In this document: positions 36,965 through 46,439 of the stretch, piece after piece
How the letters are laid out: every line of letters starts with the position of its first letter
Numbering within the stretch: position 1 is the first letter of the stretch
From: a phage
NCBI GenBank assembly: GCA_012474735.1
Contig: GCA_012474735.1_4085.1
Length of the DNA stretch: 64,000 nucleotides
Strand: one strand, 5' to 3'
Notes under the pieces: model-generated
The model's input: only the letters and a program-made list of their open reading frames with translations
Databases searched by the model: none
Told to the model about the DNA's origin: nothing
Made by a program: the position numbers and the translations under genes

Positions 36965-37278
36965 TACATCCCTCGTTTACGCTTTTGATTGCGTCTAAAT
37001 TCTGTTAGTCCACGGCTAATCGGCGGCATCAGACTACATAAAAAAGTAACAGTTGTTGGTAGTAACATCAAGTCAATCATTGCAGTGTTATCTGGTGGAT
37101 CAAAAACCAAAAAATACACACAAGAAACACTAATAATGGTTGAACCGATAAAAGGAATACAAAATTCTTTTATCTGTTTTTCAACATAATCAAACATCTT
37201 GAGTACAAATAAAAATCCAACCCAACACATAATGAAATAGAATGAATACAACGTGTAAATCAATGTTACTATATCCAT
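36964..37278 (-). CDS. small multi-TM membrane protein
   Basis: hydrophobic; ends NQKRKRGM. Confidence 0.55.
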   Translation of the reverse strand: MDIVTLIYTLYSFYFIMCWVGFLFVLKMFDYVEKQIKEFCIPFIGSTIISVSCVYFLVFDPPDNTAMIDLMLLPTTVTFLCSLMPPISRGLTEFRRNQKRKRGM

Positions 37279-37616
37279 TAGTACCTCGCATCAGGAACTT
37301 TAGCACGTAACTTATGAACGACTGGGAACAACAACAAACTTACATATGCAATAGTTGAACCCCAATAGAATACTAATACAATTGGTTCACCATTAGAACG
37401 GAAACCTCTACTAATCATTGAGTAGTGAATAATAGGCATAATCATCGCCAGACCAAACCATGCGTGTAATTTTAATTGCAGCATGTTATCAGCGATGAAT
37501 ACTGAAATTGGTCGTTTAAAGAACCACATCAGAAAGTAGAATCCAGCACTAATAATATAGTACATGGTACTAACTTTCATATACCACGGCAGTAAATCAA
37601 TAAAGTACTCCATCAT
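37278..37616 (-). CDS. small multi-TM membrane protein
   Basis: hydrophobic; C-term RAKVPDARY. Confidence 0.55.
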   Translation of the reverse strand: MMEYFIDLLPWYMKVSTMYYIISAGFYFLMWFFKRPISVFIADNMLQLKLHAWFGLAMIMPIIHYSMISRGFRSNGEPIVLVFYWGSTIAYVSLLLFPVVHKLRAKVPDARY

Positions 37617-37960
37617 TCCTCCGGTATCTTATTTCGAAGTTCAATCATAACACAACAAATTTTAATGGTCAATATAAAAGTTAAACATATCATCCCAAGT
37701 GTGCCGTAAACTGCGGAAAAAGCTGGTAGTACCTTTCCTGTGAGTGTTGCTACAATACATGCAATCAATGTTGATGCAAACAACGATTGATTAATGACAG
37801 AATTCATAAAATCTTCACCATTACGTTTATAGAATTGTCGTTTAAAATACCATCCTAGAAACATAACTACCCAAAATGATACATAAGTTGTTAGAATAAT
37901 CCCTGCAAGTGAATGTGCAACTGGACTACTCCTTAAAAACTCAAGATAAGCTTCAAACAT
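37613..37960 (-). CDS. small multi-TM membrane protein
   Basis: hydrophobic; C-term RNKIPEE. Confidence 0.55.
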   Translation of the reverse strand: MFEAYLEFLRSSPVAHSLAGIILTTYVSFWVVMFLGWYFKRQFYKRNGEDFMNSVINQSLFASTLIACIVATLTGKVLPAFSAVYGTLGMICLTFILTIKICCVMIELRNKIPEE

Positions 37961-38298
37961 TAGAAGTCTCCGCGAATTTTATCTCTACCATGAATAATGA
38001 GATGGATTAAGTATACACCTAACCAAATGAACAACCCAAAGAATACAATATATTGTGAGATTGAGTTCAAGTGAGGATTAGCACAATAAATTAAGTGTGC
38101 CATAAGACCAACAATTGCAAACAAACCTTGAACAATTGTGTAAAGAACTAGTGATGAATTCCTCACTGGATACAGTTTAAAAACAATTTTCTTTTTAAAA
38201 TACCATAGTACTACAACTAGTGCATGATAAAAGAAAAAACCAAACAGATAAATCAAAGTAATACTAATCATTGTATCTGATTTAAAAAATTCTAACAT
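37960..38298 (-). CDS. small multi-TM membrane protein, paralog of 38298..38639
   Basis: MLEFFKSDT start; TAATG overlap with upstream stop. Confidence 0.6.
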   Translation of the reverse strand: MLEFFKSDTMISITLIYLFGFFFYHALVVVLWYFKKKIVFKLYPVRNSSLVLYTIVQGLFAIVGLMAHLIYCANPHLNSISQYIVFFGLFIWLGVYLIHLIIHGRDKIRGDF

Positions 38299-38639
38299 TA
38301 GAATCCCCATTTAAAGTTATCACGAGCATTAATAATAAAATACATAGTACACACCAATAACCAGACGATTAGTCCTGAAAACACAACATATTGTGTAATG
38401 TGTGGTGTGTTATCAATTTGTAACATGTAAATCACATATGTCATCACACCAAATAAAATAAACCCACCTTGTATAATGCTATATACTACTAAGAGTACAT
38501 TATCATACGAATACAATTTAAAAACAACTTTCCTTTTAAAATACCAAAGACTAATTACAATTGAATGATAAAACAAGAATACAAACATGTAAATTAGCGT
38601 GATACCAAGCATTGTATCTGAATTAAAAAACTCAAGCAT
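38298..38639 (-). CDS. small multi-TM membrane protein
   Basis: MLEFFNSDT; clear paralog of the preceding gene. Confidence 0.6.
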   Translation of the reverse strand: MLEFFNSDTMLGITLIYMFVFLFYHSIVISLWYFKRKVVFKLYSYDNVLLVVYSIIQGGFILFGVMTYVIYMLQIDNTPHITQYVVFSGLIVWLLVCTMYFIINARDNFKWGF

Positions 38640-38706
38640 ATCGTATCTCCGGTGGTGAATATTAAGTTATAGTACTACCATAGTGTAGTACTGTCAACAT
38701 ATGTAA

Positions 38707-39477
38707 TTAGATTTTCTCAAGGAACAAGTTTTCACATTGTTCTTCCCAATCATACGGATTGTTGTTATATACTGCTGAAATCAACAAAGGCATACGCAGG
38801 GATGGTGCACGAAGATTATCTTCATGTTTTAACATCCAGTTCAGAATTGCTTTACTACCGTTACTGTTAACACCTTTAGATGCAAGGATATTAGTCTTAG
38901 TCATTACATTTTCAATATGAATCATGATATCACTTTTAGTCTGAATCTGTAAATCCACGTACACAGAACGAGACATAAGAGCAGCATAATGAGCAGACAT
39001 TTTAGTTTTAGCTTTAGCATCTAACGCTAAATCTTTGTTAGTAATGAATACGATGCGACCATTAAAATCAAAGCTATTAGGAATGCCGTTAGTGCTCAAG
39101 TACTTAGAGCTAGTCATATAAGATACAGTACGCTTACCACTATCCAAAACAGCTTTGAGTAGGTTCATACCATCTTCTGATTCAAAGATGCTGTCCATAT
39201 CATCCAGTACTAACACGTTGGTGCTGTGACGATTCTTGTACAGAACTTCGTACAGAGCCAGTGTAGTCATCTTACCACTGATAGTAGCTACGTTCCATTC
39301 TGCTGCGTCATGAGCCTTCTGGAGACGTTGGGACAAGGTGTAAGTCTTACCAACACCAGGAGCACCACTGACAACCATACTTTTTACAGTACTGCTATCA
39401 TCGAGCAAACACTCAAGAGCAACCATCATGGAGTTGAAGTTTTTCTGAATTTGAATGCTGCGTGCTTCTCTGGTCAT
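38707..39477 (-). CDS. P-loop NTPase (AAA-like ATPase)
   Basis: Walker A GAPGVGKT and Walker B-like VLVLDDMD. Confidence 0.6.
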   Translation of the reverse strand: MTREARSIQIQKNFNSMMVALECLLDDSSTVKSMVVSGAPGVGKTYTLSQRLQKAHDAAEWNVATISGKMTTLALYEVLYKNRHSTNVLVLDDMDSIFESEDGMNLLKAVLDSGKRTVSYMTSSKYLSTNGIPNSFDFNGRIVFITNKDLALDAKAKTKMSAHYAALMSRSVYVDLQIQTKSDIMIHIENVMTKTNILASKGVNSNGSKAILNWMLKHEDNLRAPSLRMPLLISAVYNNNPYDWEEQCENLFLEKI

Positions 39478-39505
39478 TTCTTTACCCTCTTCAGTTGATG
39501 AAATG

Positions 39506-39539
39506 ATTATAGCAAAAAGGGCTGACCGAAGTCAACCCT
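39506..39539 (-). promoter_or_regulatory. terminator-promoter cassette
   Basis: hairpin AGGGTTGAC-UUCG-GUCAGCCCU plus T5 on minus strand (39513..39539); stem holds TTGACT -35, 18 bp before TATAAT 39506..39511. Confidence 0.6.
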
Positions 39540-39545
39540 TTTGTT

Positions 39546-40664
39546 TTAGATAATTTGTACTTCACCATAGATCTGCACGATTTGCTTTCCTGGATTCTCT
39601 TCAATGAGTTTAAGGAAAGATTTCAATGCTCCAATATGGTCTTCATAATACGCAATACGAATGAAGTTATATCCATTTTTTATTGCGTATTCTGTTTTGA
39701 TTTTATCGTGTTTTTTCCTCATAAGTCCGTTTCCCCATCCTGATTCACGTTCTTCAAAGTGATTACTACCATCATATTCAAATAACGTATTAATATCACG
39801 AATATAAAAATCATATGGAAGTTTTGATTTATTTTTTAAATCAGGAAATGTTTTCTCTCTTTCAGTAACAAACATTCCTCTCAAAAACTCTTTACAATCA
39901 TTATGACCAAATGAGTGTGTTTCTAATTGGGAACAGCATCCACACTTTTGTGCTTGTTTACTAGTAAACGCATAATAGTCTTGATTACACTCGTGTCCTT
40001 TATCACATATATATTTTACATAATAACGACCATTTGATTTCTTGTAAACTTCTTTTAATGTATATCCTAGTTCATTACAGCGTGTGTTAGCAATTGTTTC
40101 ACGCATTTCAGGTGTTATAAAATATCTAACGTTCATTGATGTTTTTGTAATTATATCATTTATTCTTCGTGGTTGTGTAAATCCATCGGAATATGTGAAT
40201 TTAATATATGACATTATCCCATTGTCTAAATGTTCATTTTCATATATATAGCATCCTCTTTCCTCAAGAGAACCCAATTTGGTTACATAGTAATAATAAT
40301 TTTCATCTGTATAGGTAAATGATGGCTTGAATTTATTGTTTGTTATTTTTTCAAGCTTTGTTTTTAAACCAGTTATTTTATAATTATCATACAATACCCC
40401 ATTATACATAATCAGTAAATTGTTATTACTATTTCCGTTTTTACCAAACTCACGTGATGATTTAACTGATAATCCAATAATAGTAATATTGTCAATATCT
40501 TTGTTTTTTAATTTTGCTTCTATGTCATCAACATGATCCTTAGCAGTGAGTCCTTTTGAAACCCTTTTTATATCTTCAGGCTTCATCCATTCAAAACGCA
40601 TACCAAGTTCTTCATGAAAATAAACTTTTTCACCATCTTCATTTAAATAATACTGTTCAAACAT
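39546..40664 (-). CDS. putative endonuclease-like protein
   Basis: C-terminal PYDFYI...FEYDGxxHF resembles PD-(D/E)xK nuclease domains seen in phage homing-endonuclease-like ORFs; Cys cluster. Confidence 0.35.
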   Translation of the reverse strand: MFEQYYLNEDGEKVYFHEELGMRFEWMKPEDIKRVSKGLTAKDHVDDIEAKLKNKDIDNITIIGLSVKSSREFGKNGNSNNNLLIMYNGVLYDNYKITGLKTKLEKITNNKFKPSFTYTDENYYYYVTKLGSLEERGCYIYENEHLDNGIMSYIKFTYSDGFTQPRRINDIITKTSMNVRYFITPEMRETIANTRCNELGYTLKEVYKKSNGRYYVKYICDKGHECNQDYYAFTSKQAQKCGCCSQLETHSFGHNDCKEFLRGMFVTEREKTFPDLKNKSKLPYDFYIRDINTLFEYDGSNHFEERESGWGNGLMRKKHDKIKTEYAIKNGYNFIRIAYYEDHIGALKSFLKLIEENPGKQIVQIYGEVQII

Positions 40665-40893
40665 TACTTAATACTCCTTTCCAGTACTGAACCCGTCCAG
40701 CACCATTAATTTTAGCTTGAATCTTATCTTTTTCGACAAGACCTTCTTTGTAATCGATGGAAGTATTATCGCACTGAATTACATCTAAATCAAGTACTTC
40801 TTGTGTAGTTAATGATGTATTATCTGCGATTTGTTGTAGAGTAATTACATCAGTACCAAAGAATTCAGCCAATCGTATAAAAGATAGTTTCAT
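40657..40893 (-). CDS. hypothetical protein (78 aa)
   Basis: ORF; terminator-promoter cassette upstream. Confidence 0.5.
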   Translation of the reverse strand: MKLSFIRLAEFFGTDVITLQQIADNTSLTTQEVLDLDVIQCDNTSIDYKEGLVEKDKIQAKINGAGRVQYWKGVLSNV

Positions 40894-40919
40894 GTGTTGC
40901 CTCTTGAGTTGATGAAATG

Positions 40920-40953
40920 ATTATAGCAAAAAGGGCTGACCGAAGTCAACCCT
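40920..40953 (-). promoter_or_regulatory. terminator-promoter cassette
   Basis: same GGCTGACCGAAGTCAACC hairpin with TTGACT -35 and TATAAT 40920..40925. Confidence 0.6.
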
Positions 40954-40958
40954 TTATG

Positions 40959-41318
40959 TTATTCTAACTCACTCATAGTACTAATAGTTAATCCCATTTC
41001 TTCTGCAATGTTGCATAACATACCAACTGCATTACGAAGAATATCAGTGTTGTCCACCGATAATGATGAGTTTTCATTTACAGTTGAAGACTCAATGTAG
41101 TACTCAAAATAACGAGAAGTTGAACGCACAACTTTAACACCTTCATACTTCTGTAGTTCAGAGTTGATACGCTCGATTAGTGAATCTTCCAGTACTCGAT
41201 AGTCACCATTCATTCCACGTTTCCATCCATCAGCAGGACGGAAATAAAAAGTTTTTGTACGTTGAATTGTTGAGATTGTTAGTGGGTTGTATTCTGCGAT
41301 TTCACTTAAAGATGCCAT
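40959..41318 (-). CDS. hypothetical protein (119 aa)
   Basis: ORF. Confidence 0.5.
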   Translation of the reverse strand: MASLSEIAEYNPLTISTIQRTKTFYFRPADGWKRGMNGDYRVLEDSLIERINSELQKYEGVKVVRSTSRYFEYYIESSTVNENSSLSVDNTDILRNAVGMLCNIAEEMGLTISTMSELE

Positions 41319-41424
41319 GTTGTATTCCTCATTTGGTGATGTACATAATACAGAAAGATAGAACAGGTGTCCATGTTTATATCTAAAATATCCAAATACT
41401 TTGGTGTAGCAAATACTACATCAA

Positions 41425-41619
41425 CTAATCCTCGCTGAAGACAACAATAAGGAATGACACGAACAATGCCGCATAACAAGGAGCTATCTTCATGTACCAC
41501 GGAACTTCATAATACCATGTACCCAATTCATCCCACGAAAAGATTATACTCACACCGAAGCCGATTAGCGAAAGTACAATGAAAGAAATCCAGAAACGCT
41601 TTGAATATACTAATAACAT
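41425..41619 (-). CDS. small membrane protein (64 aa)
   Basis: two hydrophobic segments; preferred over overlapping 41306..41500. Confidence 0.4.
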   Translation of the reverse strand: MLLVYSKRFWISFIVLSLIGFGVSIIFSWDELGTWYYEVPWYMKIAPCYAALFVSFLIVVFSED

Positions 41620-41657
41620 GTTATGTTCCTTTATGTGACCGAAGTCAATCCTTTCCT

Positions 41658-42173
41658 TTAATAATTATTCATTTCATCTTTGATTTGTTCTTCAATTTCG
41701 TCGAACATATCAGTACTAGATTCGTTCTTACTACTTACGTTCTGCATATCTTTAACGTACTGTGGACATTCAACATCAGTAAACTTATACCACTTAGGCT
41801 TCATCTGGAGCTTATCAATCAAACGATCACGAGACATTTTAATCTCTGACTCCGATGGTACGTAGTCATTACAAAACTCAGCAGGGAATCCGCTAATGTC
41901 GTTTACTTCAGTGTTTTGAATCTTCATACCACGACGCAAACATTCGTTAACAATATCAATATGACGCTTCTGTAAGTACAATAACTTGTTGTAGAAGAAT
42001 GTTACATGACCTGAACCCAACAGGTAAGTACTGTTAATTTTGAAATCACGTACACGCTTACGTGCTTGAACGTGTTTTTGTACAGCACCAAATACACGTG
42101 GGAGTTCACGATATTCAGCCATCAGATGTTGGTCAGCAAGTTCTTTAACGTGTACTAAGTTAATGCGTGTCAT
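41658..42173 (-). CDS. denV: endonuclease V / pyrimidine-dimer DNA glycosylase
   Basis: N-terminal MTRINL...[21 protein letters not shown]...KRVRDFKI...GHVTFFY closely matches recalled T4 endonuclease V. Confidence 0.85.
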   Translation of the reverse strand: MTRINLVHVKELADQHLMAEYRELPRVFGAVQKHVQARKRVRDFKINSTYLLGSGHVTFFYNKLLYLQKRHIDIVNECLRRGMKIQNTEVNDISGFPAEFCNDYVPSESEIKMSRDRLIDKLQMKPKWYKFTDVECPQYVKDMQNVSSKNESSTDMFDEIEEQIKDEMNNY

Positions 42174-42200
42174 GTATTCATCCTCTCGTTTCGATGAAAT

Positions 42201-42234
42201 GATTATAGCAAAAAGGGCTGACCGAAGTCAACCC
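42201..42234 (-). promoter_or_regulatory. terminator-promoter cassette upstream of denV
   Basis: hairpin 42213..42234 with TTGACT -35 (42225..42230) and TATAAT (42201..42206). Confidence 0.6.
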
Positions 42235-42641
42235 TTTTTTCTTTCAATCAAACATAGTCTACCAGAATGTACCATGCGATGGTGATTAGAACAAAGAATC
42301 ATACACTTTCGAATTTCATCTTTGATAGCATCTCGACTTTTACTGAACATAGAACTTGGTGTATGTTCTTTGGTATTAGGGTCAAGATGGTGAAAGTCTA
42401 AACATTCTGGATACTTCATCATACAAATACTACAACCATAAAATGATTTAACTCTGGTCATGAAATCTTTATTTTTTCTTTTGATTTCTTCAAGTTTTTT
42501 GACATCAGTTTTTTTATTTCTGGTTTTCTTACTGGTAATATTACTACAACCTTTGCATGTATTTCTATGTTTCCCAGTATCTTTTCTTATACCAAATTCA
42601 CTAATGTCTTTTTCAATATTACACGTGATACACTTCTTCAT
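42228..42641 (-). CDS. HNH endonuclease
   Basis: Cys-rich N-term; HNH motif LDFHHLDPNTKE...CSNHH. Confidence 0.65.
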   Translation of the reverse strand: MKKCITCNIEKDISEFGIRKDTGKHRNTCKGCSNITSKKTRNKKTDVKKLEEIKRKNKDFMTRVKSFYGCSICMMKYPECLDFHHLDPNTKEHTPSSMFSKSRDAIKDEIRKCMILCSNHHRMVHSGRLCLIERKKG

Positions 42642-42653
42642 TGTTTAATCCAT

Positions 42654-42941
42654 TTATTCAACAATCCCCAACTTCACAATCTCATACCCGTCCAGATAGC
42701 CGTAGGAACACTCAGGTGTTTCATAAGATGAACCATCATGGATGCCCTGGCATTGACTTTTGGAATTCTCAAGCAATCGTTGTAGTACTGATACGTCATC
42801 AAGAACGTAATACAAGTTAGCATATAGGTCAGTTACAATACAGTACTCCAACATATCAAATGTATCAATCGAAATTTCAACCTTAGCAAATCGTTTCTTT
42901 TCTTTATTATACAGTGCGTACATATTAATCTCCATAATCAA
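42654..42941 (-). CDS. hypothetical protein (95 aa)
   Basis: ORF; may be C-terminal part of upstream kinase-like ORF. Confidence 0.4.
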   Translation of the reverse strand: MIMEINMYALYNKEKKRFAKVEISIDTFDMLEYCIVTDLYANLYYVLDDVSVLQRLLENSKSQCQGIHDGSSYETPECSYGYLDGYEIVKLGIVE

Positions 42942-43341
42942 GTTTAACTAACTTACCATTCAGATAACCAAAGTTTTCTGGCTTCGCATCTGAATAAAAG
43001 AAGTCAGTACTTAACTCTGAATTCAATGCTAAAGCACACAACTCCACCCAAAATAAACCCCTATGTTGAACTGGCTTACAACGTTTCTGTACAGTTACTA
43101 GTCCAGTACATGATGACCACAAAGTAGGACAGATACCAGTATCACTACGATTGGAGTACTGCATCCACGAACGTTCATTGAGGTTAGCTATCATCCCTGT
43201 TAAGAATAGCTTCCAACTTTTAAAGGTTGGAATCTTGATAGCATATTCCCCAATGAGGATAACAGTTCGTGTTGCACCTTTAAAATCTATATTCATATTT
43301 TTAATTAGAAGAACACAAACCAAGTCAAGAATAAATTCCAC
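42925..43341 (-). CDS. protein kinase-like protein (possibly truncated)
   Basis: GEYAIKIP, DAKPENFG and KLDYGD motifs resemble kinase beta3-Lys, catalytic loop and DFG. Confidence 0.4.
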   Translation of the reverse strand: MEFILDLVCVLLIKNMNIDFKGATRTVILIGEYAIKIPTFKSWKLFLTGMIANLNERSWMQYSNRSDTGICPTLWSSCTGLVTVQKRCKPVQHRGLFWVELCALALNSELSTDFFYSDAKPENFGYLNGKLVKLDYGD

Positions 43342-43556
43342 ATTACAAATAAAGACATAGTGGTTTTATGTACAATATCAGCAGTACTGGTCCATCCTCC
43401 ACCGTGTCCTATTCCATTTATGAATAGAACTAAGAACAAGATACCATTTACTACAATAGTACATACTAAGTACACAAATACATTCCATGCAAGTCCAGGG
43501 GATACTAAAGTAAATGGTAAAACTATTAGTAGTATTAGAACTAATAATATTTTCAT
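43305..43556 (-). CDS. small membrane protein (83 aa)
   Basis: highly hydrophobic. Confidence 0.45.
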   Translation of the reverse strand: MKILLVLILLIVLPFTLVSPGLAWNVFVYLVCTIVVNGILFLVLFINGIGHGGGWTSTADIVHKTTMSLFVMWNLFLTWFVFF

Positions 43557-43783
43557 TTATCGCCTCACTTAATTAACGTGACATATCACGTAATATTAGT
43601 ACGAATCAGATTCCCAGTACTCGATTGCTTCTTTCAGCAATTCTTTAGCACGTTGTTTTGCAATGCGAGCGGGAAACTGATATGTGTACATTAACTGACG
43701 CTTCACTTCATTCAGTTAAAGCTGTTCATGGTACAGTGCATCCATCAGTCGATTACGAGTACGTAGTTTCATATAAGTTATCC

Positions 43784-44338
43784 TTATTTCAAAGAATCAT
43801 AGTAAGCAGTGTCAAAGATTGGAGTCATAATAACATAGTCAATACGGTCAATGTAAGTTGAACTCCACATTTCTGGTTTGTCATATAACTGACGCTCGCG
43901 TTCATTCATACGAGTCAGTACTTCTTCCAATTTACTACGTGAATCCATCAATGTATTACTCGAACCATAAGTGAAGTACTCAGTCCAATGATATTCATAT
44001 TCAGTACTGATAGATTGAATAGTACCATCTTTGAAATGAGCTAAGGCATAACCTTTCTCTACAAAGTTATCAGGTGGAAGAACACCATCTGGATTAGTTT
44101 TCAAGGCTTGTGCTAACTTTTCTTTAATTTCAGTTAACGTGCATACTGAACGAATGTTCTTCAGGTTTGATACTTGAAAATCACTGTACTTTCCAAAGAA
44201 AAAGACACGCCAATCTTTAGGTTCATTATCAGATACGGTAGCATTAGGATGATGGGCGAGTAAACGAAGAAGGCCAGCTTTATGACCGTTAATGTAGATT
44301 TCATGGATGTGGTTAGCAGTTTTCTTAAAAGTAATCAT
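43784..44338 (-). CDS. hypothetical protein (184 aa)
   Basis: ORF. Confidence 0.5.
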   Translation of the reverse strand: MITFKKTANHIHEIYINGHKAGLLRLLAHHPNATVSDNEPKDWRVFFFGKYSDFQVSNLKNIRSVCTLTEIKEKLAQALKTNPDGVLPPDNFVEKGYALAHFKDGTIQSISTEYEYHWTEYFTYGSSNTLMDSRSKLEEVLTRMNERERQLYDKPEMWSSTYIDRIDYVIMTPIFDTAYYDSLK

Positions 44339-44414
44339 GGTAGTTCCTCGATTGTAGGGATGAGAAGTTCATCCCATTGATAAGCATTATACAGTACTGA
44401 ATGTGTTTGTCAAC

Positions 44415-44810
44415 TCAAAATAAATTCATTTCATGTGCGTATTGTGGTTCAAGATAAGATAAGTTTTTGAAACTGTCTTTCAATTCTGCATCATCTACGT
44501 ACACAGTACCAGGTACATTCCCCATAGTGAAGCCAACCCAAACAGTCATGTTTCCAGTTCCTAAGCGGGGCATTGATAGCGTCCCATCAGGTGAAACATC
44601 AAACGCTACACTAAAGTCATCCGTTACAACTTCCGAACCATTTTCCAGAATAATACAACCACGTTCTTTAAGCTTCTGAATGTGGATAGCAGCCTCTACA
44701 GCACGTTTAAAGTTATAGTAAGACTCTTTATCCTCAAACATAGATTGTTTAACCAGACGCTTGTTTAGCTCGGTTACTTTGTACATTTGTCGCATTATTT
44801 CAACACCCAT
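44415..44810 (-). CDS. hypothetical protein (131 aa)
   Basis: ORF. Confidence 0.5.
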   Translation of the reverse strand: MGVEIMRQMYKVTELNKRLVKQSMFEDKESYYNFKRAVEAAIHIQKLKERGCIILENGSEVVTDDFSVAFDVSPDGTLSMPRLGTGNMTVWVGFTMGNVPGTVYVDDAELKDSFKNLSYLEPQYAHEMNLF

Positions 44811-45049
44811 AGTGGTAGGATTTCATATGAACCTGGAGGTGCTGGATTGATAATCTCAGGGTATTCAGTACTGTTAGGATTACCACCAGCATTGAACTCA
44901 GCAAGTAATAATTCGAGTTCATTCCTATCATGTACAACAAACACGCAATATCCAGTTCCTTCTTCAAGAACTGTAGTTGACCCCGCACAATCCCATACGG
45001 TATCAATACATAATAATTCTTTAGTGTTTTTATTACGCAACGCAAACAT
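44795..45049 (-). CDS. hypothetical protein (84 aa)
   Basis: ORF; preferred over overlapping 44800..45213. Confidence 0.4.
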   Translation of the reverse strand: MFALRNKNTKELLCIDTVWDCAGSTTVLEEGTGYCVFVVHDRNELELLLAEFNAGGNPNSTEYPEIINPAPPGSYEILPLWVLK

Positions 45050-45058
45050 ATATGTCTC

Positions 45059-45427
45059 CTATCGATTCGGCATATTCTTTCGTAGTCGCAAGAGAAATTC
45101 AACCACTGACCATGTTGTAATGAAGGCAATATAAGTTGCAAGGAATCCAGTAAGAATAAATGCAACCAACGTACTACCATTTGGGGAATCAGTTTTAATG
45201 CCGATGACACCATCGGCTACAGTGAAACATGTAGCCATTAATGTGTAACCTACGTACAACACAAAGAAAAACTCATTCTCCATTGAAGGATAGAAACGGT
45301 TAAACACTTTATAAAATTTAAAGTACAGTAGGATTATACCAACAAAGGCATAGAATGTAAACAGTGTTGTTATAATATATGAGATTAGGTTCAAATTATA
45401 CATATCAACGCTCCGGTAGATTATCAC
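45059..45427 (-). CDS. small multi-TM membrane protein (family B)
   Basis: hydrophobic; C-term RKNMPNR shared with neighbours. Confidence 0.55.
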   Translation of the reverse strand: MIIYRSVDMYNLNLISYIITTLFTFYAFVGIILLYFKFYKVFNRFYPSMENEFFFVLYVGYTLMATCFTVADGVIGIKTDSPNGSTLVAFILTGFLATYIAFITTWSVVEFLLRLRKNMPNR

Positions 45428-45752
45428 GTAATGTTTTAATTCGATGATACATTTTCATACCAATATTACCAAAGATACCATATCCAAGTACTAAAATGTA
45501 TGCGATAAGCATAGTAATAATTACTATAGTACCAAAACTATAATGTACACTACTGATACCCATTGTAGTTTCAACGATTATTTGAGAAACTGAAAGAATC
45601 AAAAGTACAACTACAATTGGATGATTTGGGTACATTCGGTTGAACAACGTTTTGTACTTAAAGAAGCACAGTACTCCACCAAATAAGAAGTAAACAATGT
45701 AAATGCAAGCAACAGCATAGGCAAACATGTTAGTGTAATAAATCATTACCAA
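45405..45752 (-). CDS. small multi-TM membrane protein (family B)
   Basis: C-term RDNLPER. Confidence 0.55.
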   Translation of the reverse strand: MVMIYYTNMFAYAVACIYIVYFLFGGVLCFFKYKTLFNRMYPNHPIVVVLLILSVSQIIVETTMGISSVHYSFGTIVIITMLIAYILVLGYGIFGNIGMKMYHRIKTLRDNLPER

Positions 45753-45755
45753 TCC

Positions 45756-46094
45756 TTACTTTTCAGGGATATTAGAACGCCATATATCAATGCGATGAAC
45801 TAGTCCAAAGAACAACCATACTGGAACGGCAGCTATCATAACAACAAATGAAAACCCAGTCAAGACCGATACCAGATTTAATTCATCAGTACTATACCCA
45901 CATATCAGTACTTCTAATATTCCCCACGTACATGCACAAAACATCAAGAATGAAATTGGGGCATCATAGTAGATACGTTCATATAAAGTAGTGTATCGGA
46001 AGAATGCAATAATGTAGCAAAACATATAATACACCCAAACCAAAGATACTACATAAAATGATACTTTGTTTATTAATTCAAAATATTGTTCCAT
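45756..46094 (-). CDS. small multi-TM membrane protein (family B)
   Basis: C-term RSNIPEK. Confidence 0.55.
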   Translation of the reverse strand: MEQYFELINKVSFYVVSLVWVYYMFCYIIAFFRYTTLYERIYYDAPISFLMFCACTWGILEVLICGYSTDELNLVSVLTGFSFVVMIAAVPVWLFFGLVHRIDIWRSNIPEK

Positions 46095-46096
46095 TT

Positions 46097-46378
46097 TTAC
46101 CCCAATATATATTCAGAGAGTAATGTATTAGCTTCATCTTTGTTCTTAAGGTAATACATGTAATATAGATTCGGTTCACCATCTTTAGCACTCAAATCGA
46201 AGTACTTTAAACTATGTACTTTCATAGTAAAAACAAATAATGACTTAAAACCAATCTCACCGTACTTAATAAACAGTTCATCCAAATGAATGTAACTTTT
46301 TGATTTGGATAATTCTTTAACGTCTGCATCAATTTCAGATAAAAGATGCTTACCTATTAAGTTTTCAAATGAACGCAT
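46097..46378 (-). CDS. hypothetical protein (93 aa)
   Basis: ORF. Confidence 0.5.
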   Translation of the reverse strand: MRSFENLIGKHLLSEIDADVKELSKSKSYIHLDELFIKYGEIGFKSLFVFTMKVHSLKYFDLSAKDGEPNLYYMYYLKNKDEANTLLSEYILG

Positions 46379-46439
46379 GATTTTATCCTTTACCGCAATT
46401 TTTATGGTTTATTAAGAATACATCAGAACATCAGTTCTG

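Noticed and set aside
44800-45213. ORF 44800..45213 (137 aa)
   Set aside because: Alternative frame overlapping 44795..45049 and the start of 45059..45427; composition looks non-coding
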